Positions 39,903 to 52,880 of a stretch of DNA of 64,000 nucleotides are shown piece after piece (the stretch's first letter is position 1; each line of letters starts with the position of its first letter). The position numbers and the translations under genes were made by a program. The stretch is from Octopus sinensis (Eukaryota), in contig NC_042999.1 in NCBI RefSeq assembly GCF_006345805.1, positions 152,086,001 to 152,150,000 of the forward strand, in the 5' to 3' direction. Under the pieces are notes generated by a model that saw nothing but the letters and a program-made list of their open reading frames with translations, was not told the origin of the DNA and made no database searches.

Positions 39903-40599
39903 TATATATATATAATTTGATAGCATCAACTGTCTGCTTTGTGTGTGTGTGTGTGTGTGTGTGTGTTTCTAAAAGAATTGTATTTCTTTAAAGAAAGTAG
40001 TGAAATATAATGTAAAATTTTGTTATTACTTTATTAAATCATTTTCCCATTGTAGCCTATTTTACGGTGTTTAAGTAGTTTCAGATGAAATTCTACTAGA
40101 ACTTGTGTAAACAAACAAACACCCACCACACTGCGTTTTCAAAATTGTCACATCTGTGATACAAACACGACTTCATACTATTATTTAGCTATGGCGCCCT
40201 GGCTGGGATAAGCTGTATTTTGCACTTAATGACCTTGCAGAATCTTTCCCCTCTCTCTATTAACAAATAAAAATACCACAAAAATTGGGATGAGTCTCTA
40301 TTGAAGTTAGTAACTTTTTACACAATGCTTTGAATATTTGTACCATTTGTCCTTCCCTGGCTTCCGCATCTGAAAATCGTTCACCTAAATCCCAACCTTC
40401 CCCTCATGTTTAACTTAAAAATAGCTCTGTCATAAAGGACCAACAACTCTTTTTATTTTTCTTGTAACCTAATCTTTCTGTCCAGTAATTTCATTGAATA
40501 ATTTCCTCAGTTTCATTAGATTCATTCCTCCAGTTTTTCTTTTTAGATTTTTTTTAATATATATTTATGCTTTATTATTTTTTTCTATCTTAATTTCCT

Positions 40600-40644
40600 C
40601 TTAATGAATTGTTTTTTTTTTATCTTCTCCCATTTCAGGTAAGT
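40600..40644 (+). other. Candidate recursive splice site (3'ss immediately followed by 5'ss), copy 1
   Basis: Branch-like CTTAAT (40600-40605); 23/25 pyrimidines at 40612-40636; AG 40637-40638; GTAAGT 40639-40644; no AG from 40547 to 40636. Confidence 0.5.
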
Positions 40645-41165
40645 TTCGCCATTCATGTTTTGTTTGTGTTCCAACAAAAAGAAAAAAAAAAAAAAGAAAG
40701 AACACACCACTAAAGCCAAGTACAGGAAATCCAAACTGTTTTCATATTTGGTTCCTGATTCCCAATAGTAAGGTATGTATGGTATGAATTCTTTCTGAAA
40801 AAAATAAATACATAAACAAAGGAAAAAGGTTATTGAGGACATTTTAAGAACAAGTGTTTTTGTAATGTTGTGAAAGGTACAGAAGAAGGGAAGCAGAATA
40901 TTAATGTTGTAGTTGGGGCCCTTTATTGTTATTTACACTAAGATTATTTATATTCCTAGTTGGGTTTTTTTGGGTTTTTTTTTTTCAGCAATGATTCATT
41001 TTAACTGTAATATTTAAGTAGATTGAATTAATGGAGACTGGAAAAAGTCCATCTTGTGTGTGTATGTGTGAATATATATATATATATATATAATGTGACC
41101 ACGTGTGTACCGTTGGTGATTTTTTTCCCTCCGTCTTCCCTTCATTGGATCTTTCCTCTCCCTAT

Positions 41166-41200
41166 GTTTCTGAGGAAGAGCTCTGCTCGAAACGTTAAAT
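41166..41200 (+). ncRNA. Minimal type I hammerhead ribozyme motif (copy 2, identical)
   Basis: gtttctgaggaagagctctgctcgaaacgttaaat, identical to 39769-39803. Confidence 0.6.
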
Positions 41201-41992
41201 CCTCCTTCTTTCTTTCCTTTCCTGAGAGTCCAATAACACTATACTTGTTCCATGTCCTCGCGTTGTGTTTTCTCTTTATGTTTTCATGTTTGGATTAACT
41301 ATATATATATATAATTTGATAGCATCAACTGTCTGCTTTGTGTGTGTGTGTGTGTGTGTTTCTAAAAGAATTGTATTTCTTTAAAGAAAGTAGTGAAATA
41401 TAATGTAAAATTTTGTTATTACTTTATTAAATCATTTTCCCATTGTAGCCTATTTTACGGTGTTTAAGTAGTTTCAGATGAAATTCTACTAGAACTTGTG
41501 TAAACAAACAAACACCCACCACACTGCGTTTTCAAAATTGTCACATCTGTGATACAAACACTACTTCATACTATTATTTAGCTATGGCGTCCTGGCTGGG
41601 ATAAGCTGTATTTTGCACTTAATGACCTTGCAGAATCTTTCCCCTCTCTCTATTAACAAATAAAAATACCACAAAAATTGGGATGAGTCTCTATTGAAGT
41701 TAGTAACTTTTTACACAATGCTTTGAATATTTGTACCATTTGTCCTTCCCTGGCTTCCGCATCTGAAAATCGTTCACCTAAATCCCAACCTTCCCCTCAT
41801 GTTTAACTTAAAAATAGCTCTGTCATAAAGGACCAACAACTCTTTTTATTTTTCTTGTAACCTAATCTTTCTGTCCAGTAATTTCATTGAATAATTTCCT
41901 CAGTTTCATTAGATTCATTCCTCCAGTTTTTCTTTTTAGATTTTTTTAAATATATATTTATGCTTTATTATTTTTTTCTTTCTTAATTTCCT

Positions 41993-42037
41993 CTTAATGA
42001 ATTGTTTTTTTTTTATCTTCTCCCATTTCAGGTAAGT
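41993..42037 (+). other. Candidate recursive splice site, copy 2
   Basis: cttaatgaattg(t)n-atcttctcccatttcAG|GTAAGT; AG at 42030-42031. Confidence 0.45.
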
Positions 42038-42683
42038 TTCGCCATTCATGTTTTGTTTGTGTTCCAACAAAAAGAAAAAAAAAAAAAAAAAAGAAAGAAC
42101 ACACCACTAAAGCCAAGTACAGGAAATCCAAACTGTTTTCATATTTGGTTGTGATTCCCAATAGTAAGGTATGTATGGTATGAATTCTTTCTGAAAAAAA
42201 TAAATACATAAACAAAGGAAAAAGGTTATTGAGGACATTTTAAGAACAAGTGTTTTTGTAATGTTGTGAAAGGTACAGAAGAAGGGAAGCAGAATATTAA
42301 TGTTGTAGTTGGGGCCCTTTATTGTTATTTACACTAAGATTATTTATATTCCTAGTTGGGTTTTTTTGGGTTTTTTTTTTTCAGCAATGATTCATTTTAA
42401 CTGTAATATTTAAGTAGATTGAATTAATGGAGACTGGAAAAAGTCCATCTTGTGTGTGTATGTGTGAATATATATATATATATATATATATCACCTTGAT
42501 CACCGTGACCGACCAGGCTAACACATCGCTGGTCACAATGCGCTTCACATTGTTTTAGCCTTGAAATGACGCCACCCCGCTGGCTAAGCGAGCAGGCCAA
42601 TATCTATCTATATATATATATATGTATATATGTAATCATCATCATCATCATTTAACATCTGTTGTCCATACTGGCATGACATT

Positions 42684-42732
<49 letters not shown>

Positions 42733-42742
42733 GTATGTATAT

Positions 42743-43147
42743 CAGGCATGTGCCATCAGTAATTACTCAGGGTAGGCAGTTGGTGAGATTTGTGTAGTAA
42801 AACGCGCAAAAAAATAAGTGAAACACAGGTGCACAACTGAGTTAGAGGCAGAATACTTCTGCCTTTATAGCACGTAAAGGATACGTTCTAGGAATGTATG
42901 CAGCATGTGTACTACAGCAGTGCTATGCTTAGCTTTAATGCTGTGATTGAAAGGCAGGGGCAAATTATGCCCACCTAATCTACAAAAAAAATAAAATATT
43001 TTGCATTTTACGCATAGTAATCAGAGTAATTTTCATAAATTTATTGAATTGGGTGCATATTTTGCCATAAAGGGAAAATGTTACTATCGATTTATTTTAT
43101 TCAAGGTAGGCACTGCCTACCTTGCCTACCCAGGCAGCACATGTCTG
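42743..43147. mobile_element. hAT-type MITE (gggtaggca subterminal motif)
   Basis: TIR caggcatgtgc / gcacatgtctg; subterminal ggtaggcagt / actgcctacc; 8-bp TSD atgtatat (42735-42742) / atgaatat (43148-43155). Confidence 0.75.
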
Positions 43148-43164
43148 ATGAATATGTATGTATA

Positions 43165-43323
43165 GGCGCAGGAGTGGCTGTGTGGTAAGTAGCTTGCTAA
43201 CCAACCACATGGTTCCGGGTTCCCACTGCGTGGCATCTTGGGCAAGTGTCTTCTGCTATAGCCCCGGGCCGACCAATGCCTTGTGAGTGGATTTGGTAGA
43301 CGGAAACTGAAAGAAGCCTGTCG

Positions 43324-43360
<37 letters not shown>

Positions 43361-43563
43361 CTGTGTTTGTCCCCCTAGCATTGCTTGACAACCAATGCTG
43401 GTGTGTTTACGTCCCCGTCACATAGCGGTTCGGCAAAAGAGACCGATAGAATAAGTACTAGGCTTACAAAGAATAAGACCCGGGGTCGATTTGCTCGACT
43501 AAAGGCGGTGCTCCTGCATGGCCGCAGTCAAATGACTGAAACAAGTAAAAGAGTAAAAGAGTA
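43165..43563 (+). mobile_element. SINE family A, full length, young
   Basis: tRNA-like head ggcgcaggagtggctgtgtggtaag...ggttccgggttccc; CORE-like atcttgggcaagtgtcttc; internal (TA)n; tail aaaggcggtgctcctgcatggccgcagtcaaatgactgaaacaagtaaaagagtaaaaga. CpGs are largely retained. Confidence 0.9.
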
Positions 43564-46449
43564 TATATATGTGCACCAGACGTTAAATGATAATGATGAT
43601 GATGATATATATATCATTCAACTATGGTAGTAGTTGAATGATATTCTTAAGGCCACAATTTACTCACAAGCAGCATCTTTCAGAGCTTGTCACTAATTCA
43701 GTTCTTAACCAAGTTGAAAACTGTTAACAGTTTTGAAGAGGACTAGTCCCCAGTTACATTTAGGTATAAAAAAATTGAGATTTGATCCAGTAGAAAAAAG
43801 TATACATCAAAATTTGTAGCAACATTACAGGAGAGTAACACCACCAATCAAGTTTAGATCTAAACTTTTTTAGTTTGAAAGCAAAATATATTTATCTTAG
43901 CTTCAATGATAGAAGAAAGCATGAAAAATTTCATAGTTTTGTTCCCATGCAACAAAAATTTCTATCGAAAAGGTTGAGGTAAAATATCATGAAAAAATAT
44001 AAGTAAGGCAAAAAATTGGATGTAAGTATAATTAACTTTTTTTATTTTAAAAACAACCATGCATGTACATACATATTTATACATGCACACACACATACAC
44101 GATAGAATTTTTTAGTTTCCATCTACCAATATCACACAAGGTTATTATTGGTTGACCCATGGCTATACTATATGATGCTACCCCGATAACATTCATACAT
44201 CATTCATGCAAGGAGATTGAACTGCCACCCACTTGGCTCTGGAGTAAATTTCTCTAATGATATAAGAAATCATTTCCATCTCTTCAATTTAAGAATTAGC
44301 TTAAGTTTGACATATCTGACTTTTCTGTTTTGTAGTAATTTCAGAAACAAATGATATCGTCACATCCTAAACAAAAAAACAAAATATTATAATAATAATA
44401 ATGAATAGAAGACAGGAAAAATGAAGTAGCTGTTACCAGTGTTCAGAAAAGTTTACAGATGATTTCGTATTTTAACACCAATTGTTAGTTTTGTTTTCGT
44501 TTTTGTGTTTTGTTTGTGTGTTTGTGTGTGTTTGCTTTAACAGTAGAAATTGTCAATGTCAGAAAATTGTCTGAATGACAATCGAATTGGATTTTCAAGT
44601 ATTTAATTCTGTTTGGTGTGATATTTTTTTTTTCCTCTTTTACTTCATTTAAGCGATATCTATTCAATTTTGGCAAGTGTAGAAATGTTTAAATTCATTT
44701 CACTGATTCACTAACTTCAATTCTAAATATGCATAAACTCAATTTAGCTGAAATAATAGAAACAGAATTAAGAAGACACTAAATGTTTTTCTTTTTCCTT
44801 TTTCATGTATGCACACACAACTATATATCTCACAAATTGTTGCTTAACCCTAGGTTAGTCCTGATTAAGTACACAGTATGGTAATATACAAAAAGTGGGT
44901 TAAGTGAAATATAAGCAAAAGAACTTTTACATGTTTTAGAAATTAATTTTCTCTCTTCTTAATAATGAAAATCTTACAGTTTGGTAAATGGATTATTGTA
45001 TCACAGATCCACTGACTGGAATAATACATTTGTCTTGGGGTCTATCTCTAATTGAAAGAAGCTGCTTTCATCATCATTATCATCATTGTCATTGCCGTCA
45101 TCATCTTCATCACTGTAATCATCATCATTATCATCATCATCATCATCATTTCTTTTAATGTCCACTTTTCCATGCTTGCAAGAGTCAGATTGAATTCATG
45201 GAGACAGACTTTCTGCAACCGGATGGATGCCCTTCCAGTCACCAACCTTCATTTGTTTCCAAGAAAGAGTAATAATATTTCCCTATGGTTAGATATGTTT
45301 CTATGGAAGATTGGAAACAAATGACACTACTTGTACAACAGTGACACTCATTTACAACTATTATTACATCTTTTTAATAATGATAATTCACATTTATAAA
45401 ATCTCACCAATTTCAGTAGCTAAAACAAAAACTACGGGAAGGTATTCATGAGTTTATTTTAGCTCCTTGAATATTTTTGACTTTGTGTCATTTGTTTTTA
45501 TGTCCATTTTTCCATGTTAGCATGTGATAAATGAATGTTATTGAGGTATTGCCTATATTTCAATTAAGGGATCCTTTATTCACATAGCTTCAAAGGCACC
45601 GAGTGAGTGGTTGATTTATTGGCAAGAGATGTTCCAAGTAGAACACTGTCGTATAAGCAGGTGAAAATGTAAATAATACACTTATATACAAGTGCATGTG
45701 CACACACACACACACACACATTCACATGCACACATTTATATGTGTATATGATAGGCTTTTTCTGTTTCCATCCTACCAAATTGACTCACAAGACATTTGT
45801 TGGCTCAGGGGCTCGTTTAAGGTGTTATGCAGTAGGACTGAACTCCAGACCACATAACTGGGAAGTAACCTTCTTAATTGCAGTGCCAAATCGCTTACTA
45901 AATTAAAAGATGAGAATAAAGAGGAAGAAGTATTTAGTAAACTAAATTTATTTAATGCAACAAGGAGCATCTGTAGAATGAATCTTGTAGGTTCGTTGTT
46001 GAGTTCTTGGAATTTATGCATGTCACCTGACTGGTCCCATGCCAGTGGCACATAAACAGCACCATTCCAGCATGTTTGTTGCCAGTGTCGCCTGACTGGC
46101 TCCCATGCTGGTGGCATGTAAAAAGCATTATCCAAGCATGGTCGATGCCAGTACTGCTTGACTGGCTCTTGTGCCAGTGGCATGTAAAAAGCACCCACTA
46201 CACTCTCATAGTGGTTGGTGTTAGGAGGAGCATCCAGCTGTAGAAACTTTGCCAGATCGGATTGGAGCCTGGTGCAGCCATCTGGCTTGCCAGCCCTCAG
46301 TCAAGCCATCAAACCCATGCCAGCATGGAAAGCGGACGTTAAACAATGATGATGAAACTCAAAATTTGACTTGTTTCTTCACAGTATTCCAATTTCGTTT
46401 CAAATACTTCCTCTTACAAAGGTTTCTTTAGTCAAATCAACTGCATTAA

Positions 46450-46668
46450 CCCTTTTGTTACCATATTTTTGTTGAAATACATTACCTTAATTTCAGTTAA
46501 TTTTTAAAATAATGAAGAATTTATTAAAATAACTCGTTATAAATCTGGTGTTTGAAACATAAACTATCATTAAATTTTGATAGAAGTTTTTAATTCAAAT
46601 CAGTTTAAAACAAGGAATCTCCACCAAAGAACCTTGGACAGTCTCAGGTGGGTTGGCACCAAAGCATT
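46450..46668. mobile_element. piggyBac-type MITE, right end decayed
   Basis: TTAA|cccttttgttacc left end; body homologous to 59352-59544 and 10010-10209. Confidence 0.6.
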
Positions 46669-48838
46669 TACTTACTTTTGAAAGTATGTTTGAAGTATTA
46701 ACCATTCCAATGACTACATAACAATAAAAATCAAGCATTTGTCAGTTCTCAGTTAAATTGTATCTACCTTAGGAATTTATTTTGTGAAGAATTTATTGAG
46801 GTGCTATCAGGGTTGTTCGTTGCTAATTAAGTTCTGTGTTCGCATTGTTAGGTCTGAACAATTTCTTTAACTTAACAAGAATATAATGCAGGAAGTGCCA
46901 GCAACAATAATGAAGGGGTTAGCACGCCAAAAATGAAGGTGCTTGTAGCAGAATCCGTTCTGTTAGAAACAGTTAAATTAGACAGATGGTTAGGAAATCT
47001 CTTGATGATAGGCCAATAAAATGGAATATCTTGTGCTATGTGCGAATGAAGCTTTATCCATTTAGTCATTTGTGACTCCTTAGAATAGTTTCACAATAGA
47101 AAGAATTCTAATAATTCTCTAATTATGTTTGCTGTTTGAATCAGGAAGAAGAGATTTCCCTTATTAAAACATTTATCTTTAGATAATCTGCAGAAGATGC
47201 CTCCTTACAGCTTTTATTCCATCAATAGAATTTGTTAAGCACTTCCTCTGCGATGAAATTACTATTTCACTGCCAGTCATTAAATGTTGCCTTTACAGCA
47301 TGTAATGAATTTGTTTTTTTTTTGGTAATATTTTTGTATAATAATATCATTGATAATGATTGATGGTAGCATGAATACAACTGTCATACTTGAAAATGAT
47401 ATTTGCTACAGCAGAAAACCTTGAAGCACTCAAAAGGCTTTCATTTTTTATATTTAATAACATTGTGTTTTCATGTATTTTTAATGTGTGGGCATATATT
47501 TAACCCAAGACATCCACAAAGATAATGTTTGAAAATGAATATATCTACCCATGACTGAAACTTTTTTAGTTTCTTATTCCTTTATTGCCCACAAGGGGCT
47601 AAACATAGAGGCAACAAACAAGGACAGACAAAGGGATTATGTCGATTACATCAGCCCCAGTGCATAACTGGTACTTAATTTATCGACCCTGAAAGGATGA
47701 AAGGCAAAGTTGACCTTGGTGGAATTTGAACTCAGAACATAACGGCAGACGTTTCGCGCAGCGTGCTAACGTTTCTGTCAGCTCACCACCTTTAAACTAA
47801 ACTAAAACTTTTTTACTTTTAAACTTTTTACTTTTTTACTTTTAAACTTTTAGTTTAAAACTTTTGAACTAAAACTTTTTTAGTTTCTCACAGCATGTTA
47901 GGCAAGTGTCTCCTCCTATAAGCACTGGGCTGACCAAATCCTTACGAGTGGATTTGGTAGAAGCAAAATAAAAGAAGCCCATAGTATAATTGTGTGTGTG
48001 TGTCTATGTGTGTGCGTGCGCACCCTTGTCTAGACATTACATTATAGTTACAAATGTGCTTCATTGTCTTACAAGCAAGCTTGTTTGTTTCCATGAAAAA
48101 TGTGTCTAGCTACGAGAAAACTATTATTTTGCTTGGAAACAGTTGAAGGGTTGGTGACAGAAAGAGCATGTAGCAGAAGAAAGCATGCATGATGATGATG
48201 GATAACGACAACAATGACGAGAACAATCATCATCAGCATCATCATCATCAATTTAAAAATTTCGCTGATCTGTTGATAATGATGTTAATGATGATGATGA
48301 TGATGATGATGAAGGGAATCTTGAATCCGCATTGAAGTTTTAGAGCACTTGACTGTTTTTGTAACTTTAGACTTCACTGTCTTCACAAGGAGGTAAAAAA
48401 TGTTTACTTTTTTACTCTCATTTGTTTTAGTCGTTTGACTGTGGCCATGCTGGAGCACTGCCTATAGTTGAACAAATCAATCCCAGGACTTATTCTTTGA
48501 AAGCCTAGTACTTATTCTATCGGCCTCTTTTGCTGAACTGCTAAGTTAAGGGGGAAGTATATACACCAGCATCAGTTGTCAAGTGATGGGGGGGGGGATA
48601 AACACAGACACACACACACACATATTTTGTTTCTACTCTAGGCACAAGGCCCGAAATTTTGGGGTGGGGGCCAGTCGATTAGATCGACTCCAGTACACAA
48701 TTGGTACTTAATTTATCCACCCCGAAAAGATGAAAGGAAAAGTCAACCTCGGTGGAATTTGAACTCAGAATGTAAAGACAGACAAAATACTGCTAAGCAT
48801 TTCACCCTGCGTGCTAACGTTTCTGCCAGCTTGCTGCC

Positions 48839-48889
<51 letters not shown>

Positions 48890-50191
48890 ACAGACAGACA
48901 GACAGACAGACAGACAGAGAGAGACACACATAAATATACAATGAGCTTCTTTCAGTTTCTATCTACCATATACACTCACAAGGTTTTGGTTGGCCTGAGG
49001 CTATAGTAGAAGACACTTGACCAAGGTGTCATGAAGTGGGACTGAACCCGGAACCATGCGGTTAGTAAGCAAGCTACTTAACATACAATTATCACATGTC
49101 ATTTGTCTTATAATACAAACAAGTAAAGAAGAAATCAATACCTTTAAAAAAAAAACAATAAAAAACTCCTTGTTATACAATATCGCCTCTATTCCGACTG
49201 GAAATCTTAGATAAGAAAGCAAAATGACATTTTCATTGTAAAATTGATATAAAACTCATTTCCCCAAGCCTTGATTTTTTTTTTTTATCAACTTGGTCAT
49301 ATCTCTATGTTGTCTTTTTATTTTATTTTGTTAGTTTACTTTTTTAGTTATTTTATTTTTTTGAAGAAGACAGACGTTTGAATATTTTGTAGGATTTATA
49401 TATTTAATGTTAAGTATTGTTGTTGTCATAGTGTTGTTGTGTATTGTTGGTGTTGGTGTTGTTGTTGTTGTGTATTGTTGGTGTTGTTAGTAAGTGGAAG
49501 ATGAACAACATGTGTTAACTGATGGTAATGAAGCAGATAGGAAAGGTTGATACCATCATCATCTTTTTCTCCTATTTCTCCCCTATTCTCCCTTCCCACT
49601 CTTTTCTCCTCTTCCTCCTCCTCTTCTCTTTATTTGCTCCTCTTACTCTCCTCCTCTTCTCCACTTCTCCCCTTCTATCCTTCTCCTCCTCTTCTATGCC
49701 CCTCTTTTATCTTCCTCTTCTCTCTGCTTCCTCCTCATCACATCACCAATAACAAACAAATATAGCAATATACTATAGCAATAGGACAAGCATAGAACGG
49801 TGTTCCCAGACGTGCTTCAAATCTAGTAGGGGCCAACTTGGGGCTTCCAGGCCAGAATTCTAACATGGCATTCACACGGCAATGTACTACCATCTAAATC
49901 TCTCTCTCCACTCACCAATGTCAGGCTTTGAAATGTGACGAAACTATTACAAATGCTTGGGTATTATACCAAGTGATAACTTTCCTTAAACATCTTTGCA
50001 GATTTCTGTTGTGGGATAAAAGTTAGCAAAGTAAAACAAAATCTGCCAACTGAGATTAAAAACCAGCTTTGAAATCAATTTACCTTATCTATTTGGCTAT
50101 GTATATTGCACACAGAGGAATAGAAAACTTTTTATTACAAGCCAAAATTGAGTCAGCTATTTTTTATTTATTTATTTATATATTTATTATT

Positions 50192-50223
<32 letters not shown>

Positions 50224-51031
50224 GATTATTATTATTTAATTTTTTTTTTTTTGTTAAATTGTTTAGAGTTTCCAGATGTTTCTAAAAAGTATTTTGTTGA
50301 AAAAAAGTTATTTGATTGAGTAAGAATAAGAAGAATGGGAAAGTTTGAAAAAAAAAAAAAATTGTTTTTTTTTTCTTACATACATTATTAGAATGAAATA
50401 TTTTTTATGAGAAAAATGTATTACAAATGTATGAGTGGTAAATACTAAGGAATATCTTAATGCGTTCATAATGTGTGTAATGTATATTAGTTAACCCCCC
50501 ACACACATACATTTAAACCTCTCTCTCTCTCTCTTTTGTCTTTATCGTTTTCTTATTTCAGTCATTAGACTGTGGCCATGCTGTTAAGTTATAGGAATGT
50601 AAACCACACCAATACCAGTTGTCATCAAGCAGTGGTGGGAGACACACAGACACACAAAATATGAAAGAAAATGGAATTCACAACACTCTTTGTTATTCAC
50701 TACGATTGTTTCGACCCTTTGTGCATCGTTGCTTCCAGGCCAGTTGTGGGGCATCATAGATGCAGATGTGTCTCATCCGGTGACTTGTCAAAAGGCACCT
50801 AAGATTTTAATCCCCGATTTGCTTATTTGGATTAGAATACATTTTGGTAGTCATAGTTCGCTACACATCTACACAAGAAGTTTTATATACATCAGTGGTT
50901 CCCAAAGTGGGCAGTGCTGCCTCCTTGGGGGTGGTGGAAAGATCTAGTGGGGGTGTTGAAGGGAAGTGGGATGATAATGGGGTGGCTGTGTGGTAAGTCG
51001 CTTGCTTACCAACCACATGGTTCCAGGTTCA

Positions 51032-51612
51032 ATGCTACTTTTGTTTATAAGTTCCAGGAGGACATCTCCTCCAGCTGGTTAACGACACACTGTATGTGTC
51101 CAATTAGTATTTCCAAAGGGAAATCATCATTCCCATCTCTAGCCTTACATGATACACACGGACCCAGGTTTCTGGGTAGCAACCCATCATCAGCGTGTGA
51201 CAATCACCAGCTAGCAATGCAAACTCATTCCAAACGCAAAATACTATATGCATTTCCAGTTACAAACTGCCACTGATCAAACTGTCCGCCACATTTAGGT
51301 GGCAAATATACTTCACGGTTCCATGCTGCTCAGAGATTTATTATTGCTTGTTTCTCCTTTTTCGAAATCAGCGACAGCTTGTCACTGGTAAAAGCATAAA
51401 GCATTTTGCGTTTGGAATGAGTTTTCATCCCTAGCCAGTGATTGTCACATGCTGATGATGGGGTACTACTCAGAAACCCAGGTCTGTGTGTATCGCATAA
51501 GGCTAGAGATGACAACGATGATTTCCCTTCGCAAATACTAATCGGACACAGACAGTGTGTCATTAGCCAGCTGGAGGAGATGTCCTCCTGGGGCTATAGC
51601 CAACAGTAGCAT
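51032..51612. other. Long inverted repeat (two 246-bp arms, 89-bp spacer)
   Basis: Arm 51032-51277 vs reverse complement of 51367-51612 aligns end to end at roughly 80-85% identity by hand count. ORFs 50914-51276(+) and 51330-51563(-) translate to near-identical peptides for this reason. Confidence 0.95.
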
Positions 51613-52110
51613 CACCCTCTATGGGTCTGCCACGTTTTGGTGGCAAATATCTTAAATGTATATTATTAATTCAGGCCCCCACACACACACTTAAATGCCT
51701 TTCTTTCTCTTTTTTCAATGAATTCAACATCTTCATTGATAAAAGGAATTTAGAATTTAGGCTGTTTGCTGAGTGAGAAACACAATGCGACCCAATACTC
51801 ACAATTCTAATCTGATGATTAGCACAATGATACTTCTAGCTACAAGAATATTATCTGTAAGATTTCCTTTCCTTCAAGTTGAGAAAGAGAGAGAGACAGA
51901 GACAGAGACAGAGACACAGAGACAGAGAAGGAGGTGGTGGGGGAGTTGTATTCATAATTTAGGCATTGTTTCTTCTCCATGAAGGTCACTAAAATAACCC
52001 ATTCTTCATGACTAAGAAAACTTTACAAATGCAAAAAGAGAGGAAGAATGATTCTTTGTTTATTGGTTGGTCGTAGGTCATAAGACTAACTAAACTGAAT
52101 GCTATGAGAA

Positions 52111-52146
52111 GGGTGGGAGTGGGTGGGTGGTTGGGTGGGGTGGGGG
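52111..52146 (+). other. G-quadruplex-competent tract
   Basis: gggtgggagtgggtgggtggttgggtggggtggggg: seven runs of 3 or more G, mostly with 1-3 nt loops. Confidence 0.6.
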
Positions 52147-52843
52147 AGTTTCAGTAAATGTTTTGGTTGTGGTTTAGTTATAGTAAGCAGAATGCTGGGA
52201 TACAAGAAACTTAAGTGCTGAGTTGAACGCTGGGATACGATGATAAAATAAATAACAGAGTGCTTTATGTATTGTCAGTGCCAGTAAGCTAGTGGAATTA
52301 TAATGACAATATATTAACTATTCATCTATTTACTATAAAGAGCACTTAATAAATTTATTTTTAATTTATATATATATTAGCTATTAGTGACAGACGCATA
52401 CATACACACATACATACATACATACATACATACATACATACATACATACACACATACTTATGTGTGTATGTATTTATTTATTTATGTATGTATGTATGTA
52501 TGTGTGTGTATGTATGTATATGTGTATATATGTATATATGTGTAGAGATAGCTTTTCAGTCTTTCTGATTATGAAGCAATTACTGTTTGCATGGTTAAAT
52601 TTCTTATCCTCTGATAACATTGTCCCGATTCATATCAAGACATTCTTGGAATTATTATGTTCTTGTTGAATAGAACTGCTCTTTTATAGAATTAAATATC
52701 ATCATTTACTTAGCGGAAGACAAACATTTTCTCTTCTAAAATGTTCCATAAGCTTAAAAAAAACATCCTATTGACATTATTTATACAATTCTGTTCTGTC
52801 TCTGTCTCCTCTCCTTCTTTCTCTTTCTATGTGCATATATGTG

Positions 52844-52880
<37 letters not shown>

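Larger units (their letters stand above)
39670..42490. repeat. Tandem duplication, about 1397-bp unit x2, about 99% identical
   Basis: Copy 1 core 39696-41071, copy 2 core 41093-42467; all three junctions are (TA)n tracts. Differences are a few substitutions (cacgac/cactac, ggcgcc/ggcgtc, ctatct/ctttct, ttcctga/ttgtga) and microsatellite/homopolymer lengths. Confidence 0.95.

Noticed and set aside
43165-43260. tRNA genes at SINE heads
   Set aside because: Box A/B are present but there is no complete cloverleaf or terminator; each continues into a SINE body.
46800-47280. Coding-looking unique stretch
   Set aside because: All six frames are interrupted and I recognise no protein or transposon motif; a tBLASTx would be needed to revive it.
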